The notes below the pieces were generated by a model, which saw only the letters and a list, made by a program, of their open reading frames with translations, made no database searches and had not been told where the DNA came from. From a virus: a stretch of 64,000 bases of DNA. Each line of letters starts with the position of its first letter. Position 1 is the stretch's first letter. Both the position numbers and the translations under genes were made by a program. Below are positions 1-9,445 of this stretch, in pieces. The stretch spans positions 32,001 to 96,000 of the IMG/VR virus record IMGVR_UViG_3300042444_000045. One strand, written 5' to 3'.

Positions 1-2405
1 CCGCCTACACTAAGAGTAACATTTTTAGCATCTCCTAGATCTTGTGATCTAATATTATTTAATACTTGACCATAATGATATGTACCCCAAGAGCTCTTAG
101 GATTGATTACAGTAAACTGTGCTTTACCAAACATACCTGAACCATCTGACATCTTTTCTAATCCTGGTATTGTTTTTCTACCAGTTATTTTAGATACCAC
201 ATTTGGATCACTTACTATTTGACTTGCTGCTGAAATTGCTTGTTTATAATAGTTACCATACATCTTAGATTCAATTACCTGGTCAAGCCAGTTACCTGGC
301 CCGAATCTATCAAGATTTGCAATTCCTTTTCCTATTAAAGCAAGTCCTTTATCTGTAATATCAAATGGAGTCATGCCACGTGTTGCAGCATCAATTGCAA
401 TGTTTCTTCCGGCTCTATTAGCAGCTTCTCTCTTAATTCTATTGATATTATCCATCTCTTCTTTGGATAACTGACCTGATTTCATGAGTGCTTCAAAGAA
501 TTGTTTTTCATTCCTCTTGTTACCCTTCTCATCATATAATAGATTGGCTCCTTTGATACCTTGTCTTGCAAGTTCTTTTTCTACACCAGTAGCAAGATCC
601 TTCTCAAATTTTTTACTCTCACCAAGGAACAGTAAGTAGTCATCAAACTTAGTAGATGTTGTAGCTAACTGATCCTGTACACTTTTGACACTAGATAGTT
701 CAGCATTCTCACTTACAAAAGTTTTAAATCTCGTGTTGATAGCTTTCATCCAATTAGTACCAACTTTATCTGTCAAAAATGAATTTGGATTAGTCTGGAT
801 TTGTTTTGCCCATCTATTTAGATCAGCATATTTATTTTCATTACCATTAATGATGAAGTTAATTTGTTTCTGAGTTAACTTCTTACCTGTATTAGGATCA
901 GTACCTTCAGTGAGCACTCTCATCATAGTGTTGAAATATGGTACAGCATAGTTCTGTGTATACCTTTGCTGAACCACCTCATTCTCTGCTCTTAAATTTG
1001 TTTTAGATGTTGCAGTACCTGCATCAAGTAGTTCTGTAAAGAAATGTGCTTGATCAAATTTTTCTACTAGCTCACCTTTCTCATTTAAGAAGTGTGTTCC
1101 AGCATCAAGTTTGTACTTTCTATCATCAAGTTTTTGTTTTAAACCTGCCTTATATTCAGCAAGTGCTTGCTCATTCTTATACTTCTGATTCATCAAAGAC
1201 AAGTTCTGAGCATACTTTTCATTATTTACTTGATATGGGTTTGCATCCATATCTTGGAAATAGTTTCTAAAAGCATACACGTGAGCTGCTTCACCAAGTT
1301 TTTTGGTCATTAAATTAGCTGCAACACCAGAGTCTACCTTGTATCTAAAAGACTTGATATCTCCATATGGATTATTCTGATCTGTACCTTGGTTACTATT
1401 AAAGAGATCATTTTCCTTCTTAACTCTTTCAAGTACTTGGTCATTGATTTCTTTATTCATCACATACTGGTCAAGAGCTTTTTTTAGTCTAGGGTCTTTA
1501 TTACCGGCATCTATCTGACCCTTAATGTCCGCTATCTTGTTATCATATACAGAACTCTGCTCTTGCATTTGTTTGTAAGCAGCTTGGTTTTGTATCTTCA
1601 TGATATTAAACTTATCTTGAAGATAACTCATCTCAGCAGCATTCTTATCACCATTAAATTGAGCAGCATTAACTTCAGCATAGTTCTTTCTTTCTACATA
1701 TGCTTGAGTTTTAAAATATGATTGTATAGAGGGATCACTACCTAGTCTAGCTTCAAATAACTTTTGTAAAGGTTCTTCAAGCTGTTCACCATTCTTAGTT
1801 TTGATTACCCATCTATTGTCTCCACTAATAGTTACAGATTGCACATCACCAAAGTCTTTAGCAATCTCATTAGCCCTACCCATAATATCAACATTTGGGG
1901 TATACTTTACATTGGCAAATGACATTGCTTCCTCATCAGTAGCATTTTTAAATTCCTCAGTTTTGTACATTATTTCTTGTACTCCCGGATCCCAGTACTT
2001 TTTATTCATCTCAGGATCCAATGAGTTTCTAAAACTTTCTGCACCAGCAATTTCAGTGTTTTTGGTTTTAGTCCAAGCCATATCCTTCATAAGATCTTTG
2101 TTCTCATAAAAAGGTCTAAATACCTGGGTAGCTTGTCTTACATTCTGTTCAAGAGAAAGATCTAATTGTGATATTCTTTTTAGATTAAACTGAGCATCTT
2201 TAATAAAAGAATCTCTTGAAGCAACATTTTTATCACGGGTAAGCTCTGCATAATAGTACTTACTGTACATATTGTTGAGAGCCTTCCAGTTGTTGTCATA
2301 CTGAGTCTGCTTTGTTTGTAAAACATTACCATAGAAATTAAGGTCAGGCTGAAAAGGCTGAAACTGTGGTATGAAATCTGTAACTCCCTGTAAGTAGGTT
2401 GCCAT
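1..2405 (-). CDS. Large putative ejected/cargo virion protein (partial; runs off the left edge)
   Basis: Not in the ORF track, presumably because it has no stop in the window. ATG at 2405-2403 reads MATYLQGVTDFIPQFQPFQPDLNFYGNVLQTKQTQYDNNW. It lies downstream of the muzzle gene, where crAss-like phages encode cargo proteins. Confidence 0.75.
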   Translation of the reverse strand, partial: MATYLQGVTDFIPQFQPFQPDLNFYGNVLQTKQTQYDNNWKALNNMYSKYYYAELTRDKNVASRDSFIKDAQFNLKRISQLDLSLEQNVRQATQVFRPFYENKDLMKDMAWTKTKNTEIAGAESFRNSLDPEMNKKYWDPGVQEIMYKTEEFKNATDEEAMSFANVKYTPNVDIMGRANEIAKDFGDVQSVTISGDNRWVIKTKNGEQLEEPLQKLFEARLGSDPSIQSYFKTQAYVERKNYAEVNAAQFNGDKNAAEMSYLQDKFNIMKIQNQAAYKQMQEQSSVYDNKIADIKGQIDAGNKDPRLKKALDQYVMNKEINDQVLERVKKENDLFNSNQGTDQNNPYGDIKSFRYKVDSGVAANLMTKKLGEAAHVYAFRNYFQDMDANPYQVNNEKYAQNLSLMNQKYKNEQALAEYKAGLKQKLDDRKYKLDAGTHFLNEKGELVEKFDQAHFFTELLDAGTATSKTNLRAENEVVQQRYTQNYAVPYFNTMMRVLTEGTDPNTGKKLTQKQINFIINGNENKYADLNRWAKQIQTNPNSFLTDKVGTNWMKAINTRFKTFVSENAELSSVKSVQDQLATTSTKFDDYLLFLGESKKFEKDLATGVEKELARQGIKGANLLYDEKGNKRNEKQFFEALMKSGQLSKEEMDNINRIKREAANRAGRNIAIDAATRGMTPFDITDKGLALIGKGIANLDRFGPGNWLDQVIESKMYGNYYKQAISAASQIVSDPNVVSKITGRKTIPGLEKMSDGSGMFGKAQFTVINPKSSWGTYHYGQVLNNIRSQDLGDAKNVTLSVG

Positions 2406-2438
2406 ATGTAATTCTTTATATTATAAAAATATCAAAAT

Positions 2439-2468
2439 TTTTTAAGTTTAATAAACTTAAAAAGTTTA
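2439..2468. promoter_or_regulatory. Overlapping palindromes TTTTTAAGTTTA-A-TAAACTTAAAAA and TAAACTT-AAA-AAGTTTA (operator-like)
   Basis: Perfect inverted repeats in the intergenic gap upstream of the gene starting at 2405. The same core recurs at 9428-9444. Confidence 0.5.
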
Positions 2469-2471
2469 AGA

Positions 2472-4772
2472 CTAGAGACTTATGGCTGGAAACACAGTGT
2501 AGATAAAGCCTCCATCACGGAATGTTGTTCCTCCACCAAATCTTTTACCATACTTTATTTTGACAGCTTCTCTAAGCAAATCTTTGTCCATACCCTTATT
2601 AGCTTCAATGTACTCTTCCATTGTCATCTCTGGTTTAGTTGCAGTAGGATCTTTAGCACCCGGAGCCGCATAGACTCTACCACCAGAAGAAGGTGATACT
2701 TGATAGTCTGGATACATTTGGTTAAGAGCATCAGTCTTCCACTTATTAGTAACTGCCGTATTGTAGGCTTGAGCCATATTTGCTCTACCAGCTCTCTTAG
2801 CATTTTGAAACTGCTGATCTGCAATTACATTTTTGTCATAGACTCTGTTAGCCATTTGTTGGTTCATCAACTGTTCTTGGTTTCTAATACCAACTTGTTG
2901 TCCTTCAAACTGATTAGCAATACCAACATTCTGATTGTTAATTCTAGACAGAGTATCTGCAGCAGCTGCAGCCCCCTTACCTTGAATAGCAGACAGTCTA
3001 GAACCAAGAGCTTGTGGTCCGGCAAATTGTGCAGAAGCTTGAGCAGCAATATTAGCTTGTTCAGATTGTGCAGCAAGTTCTCTTGTGGGATCTAAGAATG
3101 TAGGTCTTGGTTCTTCAAGATCAACTCTTGCTTCCCACGGCATCCTTTTTCTAATACCCATAAGATCACCAAAAGCACCCGCAGCATTTACTGTATCCTG
3201 TAACCACCATTCAGCTTCTCTTACTGGGGTTGTTTCAATTGACATACTGCTGTCACCTTCAGTTGTTTCTTCTTCACACTTTAAACAGTTACCATTAGCA
3301 TCTTTACCAACTGTATATGTACTCTTATCAGATTTTGTACAAATACATTCTTCAAGACATGGTTTACAGTCACCCTTTTCATCTTTCTGTGCAAACTTTC
3401 CGGGTATTTCTTTACCATCTTTATCTGTACATGGACATTCTTTTACTGGTGGCTTCTCTTCTGTATAAATTGCTTCTTCTTTTACAACCTCACCTTTTTG
3501 TTCACATGCACCAAGTGTAACTAAGTGTTGATTATATAATTTTGTACCTGGTTGATAACCAGCATATGCAAGAACTTCAGCAGCTGTCTTACCGTAGTGT
3601 CTGCTACCCTTGGTCTTCATGTTTCTACATAGATCAGAGATAAGATTAGGATTTGAACCACCCGATGGTGCTTGCTGTCTTTCATATTCTTTTCTACCTT
3701 CTACTTGTCCTCTTGTTTGATTGTACTTATATTCACCTTGAGCATCTTTTCTAGTTTCCCAAGTACTCTTCTTATAATCCTCTGGGTTTACTTTTGTAAC
3801 TGTTTTTGGTCTAGGAGTACCATCGTTAGCAACTGGTAGATCTCCACCCGTAGCATACATTCTTCTTCTATTTCCCATATAGTTTTGAGACATGCCTGTA
3901 CCCATTGGCATACCATATTCTGCTTCCGGTAGATCATAGAATGGCATATCATAACCACCCATAGACATACCATATTGAGCCATTGGTGCCATACCAGGTT
4001 CTGGCATTTGTTGTGGCATTTGTTGAGGCATTGGTTGTGGTTGGGCAATAGGTTGTCCATCAGGCATTGTTTCTGGAAACTCTGCTTGTGCTTCTTGCAT
4101 CTCTGCCTCAGGCATTTGCTGTTCCTGTTGCATTGCAAGCTCTGGTATAAGATCTTCATCTCTTAACCCCATAGCTTCCATGTAAGGTCTAGCAATTATT
4201 GGAATACCTTGTGGAAATGCTTTTCTAGATTCTTGTGCTAGAGCAAGAGCTCCTAGCTTCATTACATAGTTCTTGATCATAATCTCAGCAGTAGTTCTAG
4301 CTATCTTATCTGAGTTAGGATCTTGAAGTATTTTTCTATAGTTGTTTATATCATATTTCTTAGATAGTTCTGCTGGAGTATAACCACCTTTCTTAGGTTT
4401 TACACCAAACATATCTAGTACTTTAGGATCTGAAATCTTCATAGATTTAGTATCACTATAGATAAAACTATCTTCAGGCAGTAATAATGGTACACCACCA
4501 TTAGAGTGTCTTGGACCCTTAATAGTTTTGAATGATGGCATCTTACTACCATCTAAATTACCTACTACAGTCTCACCACCTTCTGCTTCTAAGTTAGCAG
4601 CTGATCTAGGAACAGCAGTTAGAGTTTTAGAAACCTGTGGTTTATGTGCTCCTATATAGGCATTGTAATCTGCCCCACCGAATGCAGGTACATCATTAGC
4701 AAGAGAACCTTGTACTTGGTACCCGGTTCTTGCTTTTGGAACAGACTTGATTATTCTTACTTTTCTTAACAT
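2472..4772 (-). CDS. Putative cargo/internal virion protein (766 aa)
   Basis: N-terminal NLEAEGGETVV...GPRHSNGGVP motif that I recall from crAss-like internal proteins; Q/P/M-rich linker; two short Cys repeats; Gln/Ala-rich helical C-terminal half. Confidence 0.6.
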   Translation of the reverse strand: MLRKVRIIKSVPKARTGYQVQGSLANDVPAFGGADYNAYIGAHKPQVSKTLTAVPRSAANLEAEGGETVVGNLDGSKMPSFKTIKGPRHSNGGVPLLLPEDSFIYSDTKSMKISDPKVLDMFGVKPKKGGYTPAELSKKYDINNYRKILQDPNSDKIARTTAEIMIKNYVMKLGALALAQESRKAFPQGIPIIARPYMEAMGLRDEDLIPELAMQQEQQMPEAEMQEAQAEFPETMPDGQPIAQPQPMPQQMPQQMPEPGMAPMAQYGMSMGGYDMPFYDLPEAEYGMPMGTGMSQNYMGNRRRMYATGGDLPVANDGTPRPKTVTKVNPEDYKKSTWETRKDAQGEYKYNQTRGQVEGRKEYERQQAPSGGSNPNLISDLCRNMKTKGSRHYGKTAAEVLAYAGYQPGTKLYNQHLVTLGACEQKGEVVKEEAIYTEEKPPVKECPCTDKDGKEIPGKFAQKDEKGDCKPCLEECICTKSDKSTYTVGKDANGNCLKCEEETTEGDSSMSIETTPVREAEWWLQDTVNAAGAFGDLMGIRKRMPWEARVDLEEPRPTFLDPTRELAAQSEQANIAAQASAQFAGPQALGSRLSAIQGKGAAAAADTLSRINNQNVGIANQFEGQQVGIRNQEQLMNQQMANRVYDKNVIADQQFQNAKRAGRANMAQAYNTAVTNKWKTDALNQMYPDYQVSPSSGGRVYAAPGAKDPTATKPEMTMEEYIEANKGMDKDLLREAVKIKYGKRFGGGTTFRDGGFIYTVFPAISL

Positions 4773-4781
4773 AATATAAAG

Positions 4782-7700
4782 TTAAATAAATTGTATTTGA
4801 CCACCGTTTGCCATGTACTCCTTGATCTCTTCATCTGTCATGTAAACTTCTTCTCCGTCTTCAAAGTCATCATCTACATAACCACCCATTTGTGCCGATC
4901 TACCATACCAAGTTTGACCTTGTTCATCTGGTCTGTATAGTCCAGACTCTGCATAGTCACCACGGTCTCTACTTGGATCAGAAGCATAAAGATTATCAGC
5001 AGTAAGGTTATCATAGAAACCTTCCATCTGTTTAGTATCATCTCTTCTATTTTTAAATCCTGCAACTCCACGCATTAATGAGTTACCTGCAATTAGTCTA
5101 GCCTCTCTTTCACCTTGTGAAAGTTTGTTCTTAACATCAATTGCTAAAGGTTCAGAGTATGTTTTGGCAACCTGGAATTCTTCTTGTTGCATTGGATCAA
5201 TCTTGATCTCTGGAGCCTGTGGACCTTTATAGGTTGCATCTACACCATAACTTACAGAACCATCATCATTCTTTTGATTAACTATGCCTTGTGATGACAT
5301 TGCTCCCCAGTTAACTTGTCCCTGAGCACCTTGAATTCCAGAGTTTAAGCTTATTAAGTCTAAGTCAGACTTACCTTGCATCATAGGATTATTAGTATAT
5401 GCTATAGGGCTTTCACCAGTAAATGGTTGGTTATTTCCACCACCTACAAATTTACTTAGTGCACCACCATATTTACGGCTGTTTGCAACTCTATCAATCT
5501 CATCCCATCTTTGTTCCATTTGTAGAACAACTTTTTCTCTAGCTTTATTTTTTTCAGCAGTTGATGCTGAACTATTCATAATTTGATTTATAGTTCTCTG
5601 AGCTTGATCTGCAACTTTAGCTTTTTCTTGTTCCGCTTGCTTTTGTTTAAAAATCCTACTAGCATTTTCAGCTTCTTGATTAGTTACAATACCATCTTTA
5701 CGTGCATTCTGCATTGCTCTAACATAATCAGGATCTTTTTTCATACCTGCCATATTAGGCTTAAATGTATAGTCTTTACCAGCATTAGGATTTCTTCTCT
5801 GTTGTGCTCTGAGTTGATCTAGACTTGGACCACTTGGTGCAGGTCTATTTGTAGGTTGATTATTTCTACTAGGCACAGGAGCTGTAGGTTGTGCAAATGG
5901 TGGATAGTAATACTCACCACCTCCTACAGGTAGTTCAAATGGATTTACACCAGGTTGAAGTATATCAGCAGGATAAGCAGTACCTGACCAAGCACCCATA
6001 TCAATCATTGGATTGAGTTCTTGAAGTCTAGCTTCATATGCAGCCTCTGGATTTTGAATAAAATTGTAATCAATCATTCCAGGAGTTACTAAGGCTTCAT
6101 CTGGATTATAAGGTTGTTGACCTACCATGTATTGTTCTTCAAATGGAACTATACTATCTGTTTCATTTGACATAGGACCAACAGTAGACATATAATCTTG
6201 GAATGCCATATCTGGATAATAAGATCCTTGGTCTAGAAGCTGACGTTCAAATTCCATTTCTGCAGCGCTATTAGGATCCATATCAATATCTTCTGGATTA
6301 GTAACTGGTACTTCAGGAAGAGCTGTAGGAATATTAGCAGCAGGAATATCAACTTTAGGTAAACTGCTATCACCTTCTTGAATAATATCATTTCCTTGAA
6401 CAACATCACTTTCTTCAGTAACATTATTTCCTTCAATAACATTTTCCTGAGTGGTGGCTGGACCCCTATTGAAACCCATCATCATTGGATTTCTTTGTAA
6501 GCTTTCTCTATTAATCTTTTCTTGTTCAGGAGAAGCAAAGAAAGATGGATCTGGAGCCATATCTCTTGACCTTTGATCTAATAATTCAGCTACCTTATCA
6601 TCTATTTGTTCAGGTGTAGGATCTGTCTTTAAAAACTCATCAAGATTTGTTTGGAGATCTGAATTAAGATCACCTCTAACATCTCCCCAAGAAGTAGTTA
6701 AATAATCTTGTGCAGATAATTCAGGCTTTGGTTGAGTATAATCAAAAGGGGCATTCTGATCAATTGCAGTAAACTCTACATTAGTAGGATCTTCCTCATA
6801 GAGTTTTTTAAGTTCTCTATCTCTTTTTCTTTCTCCCTGTCTAATAGCTCTCTTAGATTTACCTTTAAGACCAGTTACATCAGTTCTATCACCATAGCCA
6901 GCATTTTCTAATGCTTGTTGTTTTTGAGATCTTTGTGTTGATTTAGTATCCTTACCCTTTGCTCCATCAAGAGAGATTAAGTTCTCATATCTTGGATCAC
7001 CTTCAGAACCATAGTAAATGGTGTACTTCTTAGGTGTACCTGTAATACCACTCTTTCTTACATCAATAGCAGATAAATAATTACCAGCACCTGGACCACC
7101 TTGTCTAGTTTCACCAGTAACCGGATTGTATATTCTTTGAACTACATCATTCTGTCTACTTCTTGTAAGGTTAGCCGGAATAAAGTTTTTAATAAAACCA
7201 CCACCTTGCATATATGCATCAGTAACATCTTTAGAATCCATGTACTGAATCTGATTTTCAGAGAGATCATTAATAGATGGATCATATCCACCACCAACAA
7301 ATCTCTGTAGTGGCTCCATTGGATTATTAAAAGGATCTGTTACAAACCCACCTTGTTGTTTATAATTTAGAACAGTCGTTCCCTCATTCTCAAACCAATA
7401 TTTATTATCAAGATAGTTGTAACTCTTATCTTTCTTTGTAATATATGCTATAGGTCTAGTTGAAGAATTATGTTTCTTTGGGTCACCTTTATATTTTGCA
7501 AAGGAACCATCCATTCTCTTCCTATAATAGTATCCTGGTTTGTCTTTTATTGTAAAGGCATCAAGTGTTTTAGCATCTCCTTTATCTAATCTATCAATTA
7601 ATGATTGATCTTTTACATCTTTAAAGACAGTAGATTCACCATCCCCTGGTATATATTGCCATTTACCAAGTTGATTATTATATGCATAGTAATCACTGCT

Positions 7701-9383
7701 TCCCATTAAACCAACACCTGAATATCTTCTACTTTCTGGATAAAAGTTTTTAATATCATTTTGAATCTTAGTAACTCCTGGTGCCCAGTCCATTTCATTT
7801 GATGGAGTTGGTAATTGATATTGATTAGCTGGAGGTGTAACAGGAGGTACTACAGGTGGAACAACTGGTGGAATAACCGGTGCTGTAACTACAGGATTTG
7901 TTGCTACAGGAGCTTGAGTAGCTGCTGGAGTTGTTGGTCCTGATCCTACTTCTTCTTTAACTGTAGTAGCTTCATTTCCAGGTGTATTCTTATCTACTTC
8001 TTTAAGAGATTCCTTATTTACAGCATCTATTGCAAGATTAGTATATGTTTTAACAGCATCAAATGTTCTAGTTTTTTTCCTTGACGCAGTACTACTTGAA
8101 CCATAACCATACATTTCTGCAGACATTGGATTGCTGAGTTGTTGTAGTGGTGATGGATCAAAATACATTGTGTACTGTTTTGGACCAAAGAGTCCAGACT
8201 TTCTTACATCAACTTCTCTGAGGTTTGGAATGTTACCAAATCTCTTCATAGATCTTCTATAGAAGCCTCTAGGAAGATCATCTCCTACAATCATACCATT
8301 CCTAGCTTTTACTGTTTGATTCATTGGCTCACCAAAGATTCCACTAGTAGCTTGAGAGTATAATTGTAAGTGATGCATTGGATTCTCTACATCTTGCTCA
8401 GGCATAGGTACACCACCTTCTTGCATCATCTGATCATACTGTTGTTCAACCTGATTTTGCATTGCAGACATTTGGGCATCATTCTTTACAGTATCTGTAA
8501 ATAACTTTAATCTACCCTCTCTAAAGTTTGCTCCTGTTGGGTCACCTTGATTTGGATCTACATCACTTTCATTTGTTCCTCCCATTTGTTTTTTGAGAAG
8601 GCCCATAACAGAACTTACATACTTCTTCTTTGCTTTTTTATAAGCACCACCATTTTGTAGTCTAGAATAATCTACAGTTGTGTTAGCAAATTCTTTTTCA
8701 GCATAGGGTGAAGTTGACTCTTCATCAGAGTTCCATGCCATTTGTGAGACTAGATCATAACCCATCATTGGTTGTACTAAAGCTTCATAGTTCTCAGCAC
8801 TTGGTAGTGCAACATCATACTCTCCACCATCCTGATATCTTCTTCTTGTAGTACCACCGTATCTTTGTTCAGCAAGTGGGTCTAAGGCTTCATCAAGAAT
8901 ATCTGGACCTTGATCTGAATCTTCCATTACAATATCTGAACCTGTGTCATCAAATAGATCATAATCAATATCCTGTTCAGGGTTCTCTGTGATTATGGCA
9001 TCTTTTGTTAAAGGAGCTTCTTTCTGTCTTGGTTGACCTGTTTCCTGCTCATAGGTTCTATCATCTTCTTTCTCAATATCCTCTGTGAGTTTTTCAGCAA
9101 TTGTAACATACAATTCAGTAGCTGCATCAATAGGCACACCCATAATATTTACTAACTGGAAGAGCGTCTTTTCTTTTGCTACTTGGTTAGTAATATCATT
9201 AACAACAAACTGAATTAACTGATTAGTGTTATCTTGTTCTTGTGCTGGTTGTGCTCCTGGATATGCTAGCATAGATGGATCCGGAGTTCCTCCCATTTGT
9301 GCTTTAGCAAGGAACTGGGAAGTTTTATTTACATACTTACCGTTACCATCTGGAGCCTTATAAATTCTTACTTTTTTCTTCAT
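4782..9383 (-). CDS. Large low-complexity putative cargo protein (1533 aa) with many xxGG motifs
   Basis: Long ORF; acidic and Pro/Gln-rich; repeated AQMGG, YQDGG and FVGGG motifs; located in the cargo block. Confidence 0.6.
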   Translation of the reverse strand: MKKKVRIYKAPDGNGKYVNKTSQFLAKAQMGGTPDPSMLAYPGAQPAQEQDNTNQLIQFVVNDITNQVAKEKTLFQLVNIMGVPIDAATELYVTIAEKLTEDIEKEDDRTYEQETGQPRQKEAPLTKDAIITENPEQDIDYDLFDDTGSDIVMEDSDQGPDILDEALDPLAEQRYGGTTRRRYQDGGEYDVALPSAENYEALVQPMMGYDLVSQMAWNSDEESTSPYAEKEFANTTVDYSRLQNGGAYKKAKKKYVSSVMGLLKKQMGGTNESDVDPNQGDPTGANFREGRLKLFTDTVKNDAQMSAMQNQVEQQYDQMMQEGGVPMPEQDVENPMHHLQLYSQATSGIFGEPMNQTVKARNGMIVGDDLPRGFYRRSMKRFGNIPNLREVDVRKSGLFGPKQYTMYFDPSPLQQLSNPMSAEMYGYGSSSTASRKKTRTFDAVKTYTNLAIDAVNKESLKEVDKNTPGNEATTVKEEVGSGPTTPAATQAPVATNPVVTAPVIPPVVPPVVPPVTPPANQYQLPTPSNEMDWAPGVTKIQNDIKNFYPESRRYSGVGLMGSSDYYAYNNQLGKWQYIPGDGESTVFKDVKDQSLIDRLDKGDAKTLDAFTIKDKPGYYYRKRMDGSFAKYKGDPKKHNSSTRPIAYITKKDKSYNYLDNKYWFENEGTTVLNYKQQGGFVTDPFNNPMEPLQRFVGGGYDPSINDLSENQIQYMDSKDVTDAYMQGGGFIKNFIPANLTRSRQNDVVQRIYNPVTGETRQGGPGAGNYLSAIDVRKSGITGTPKKYTIYYGSEGDPRYENLISLDGAKGKDTKSTQRSQKQQALENAGYGDRTDVTGLKGKSKRAIRQGERKRDRELKKLYEEDPTNVEFTAIDQNAPFDYTQPKPELSAQDYLTTSWGDVRGDLNSDLQTNLDEFLKTDPTPEQIDDKVAELLDQRSRDMAPDPSFFASPEQEKINRESLQRNPMMMGFNRGPATTQENVIEGNNVTEESDVVQGNDIIQEGDSSLPKVDIPAANIPTALPEVPVTNPEDIDMDPNSAAEMEFERQLLDQGSYYPDMAFQDYMSTVGPMSNETDSIVPFEEQYMVGQQPYNPDEALVTPGMIDYNFIQNPEAAYEARLQELNPMIDMGAWSGTAYPADILQPGVNPFELPVGGGEYYYPPFAQPTAPVPSRNNQPTNRPAPSGPSLDQLRAQQRRNPNAGKDYTFKPNMAGMKKDPDYVRAMQNARKDGIVTNQEAENASRIFKQKQAEQEKAKVADQAQRTINQIMNSSASTAEKNKAREKVVLQMEQRWDEIDRVANSRKYGGALSKFVGGGNNQPFTGESPIAYTNNPMMQGKSDLDLISLNSGIQGAQGQVNWGAMSSQGIVNQKNDDGSVSYGVDATYKGPQAPEIKIDPMQQEEFQVAKTYSEPLAIDVKNKLSQGEREARLIAGNSLMRGVAGFKNRRDDTKQMEGFYDNLTADNLYASDPSRDRGDYAESGLYRPDEQGQTWYGRSAQMGGYVDDDFEDGEEVYMTDEEIKEYMANGGQIQFI

Positions 9384-9426
9384 TATACAGTGTATATACT
9401 AAATATAGTAAATTAAAATTTAAACA

Positions 9427-9445
9427 GTAAACTTATTAAGTTTAC
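9427..9445. promoter_or_regulatory. Palindrome GTAAACTT-ATT-AAGTTTAC (operator-like)
   Basis: Perfect 8-bp inverted repeat upstream of the gene starting at 9383; same core as 2452-2468. Confidence 0.5.
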
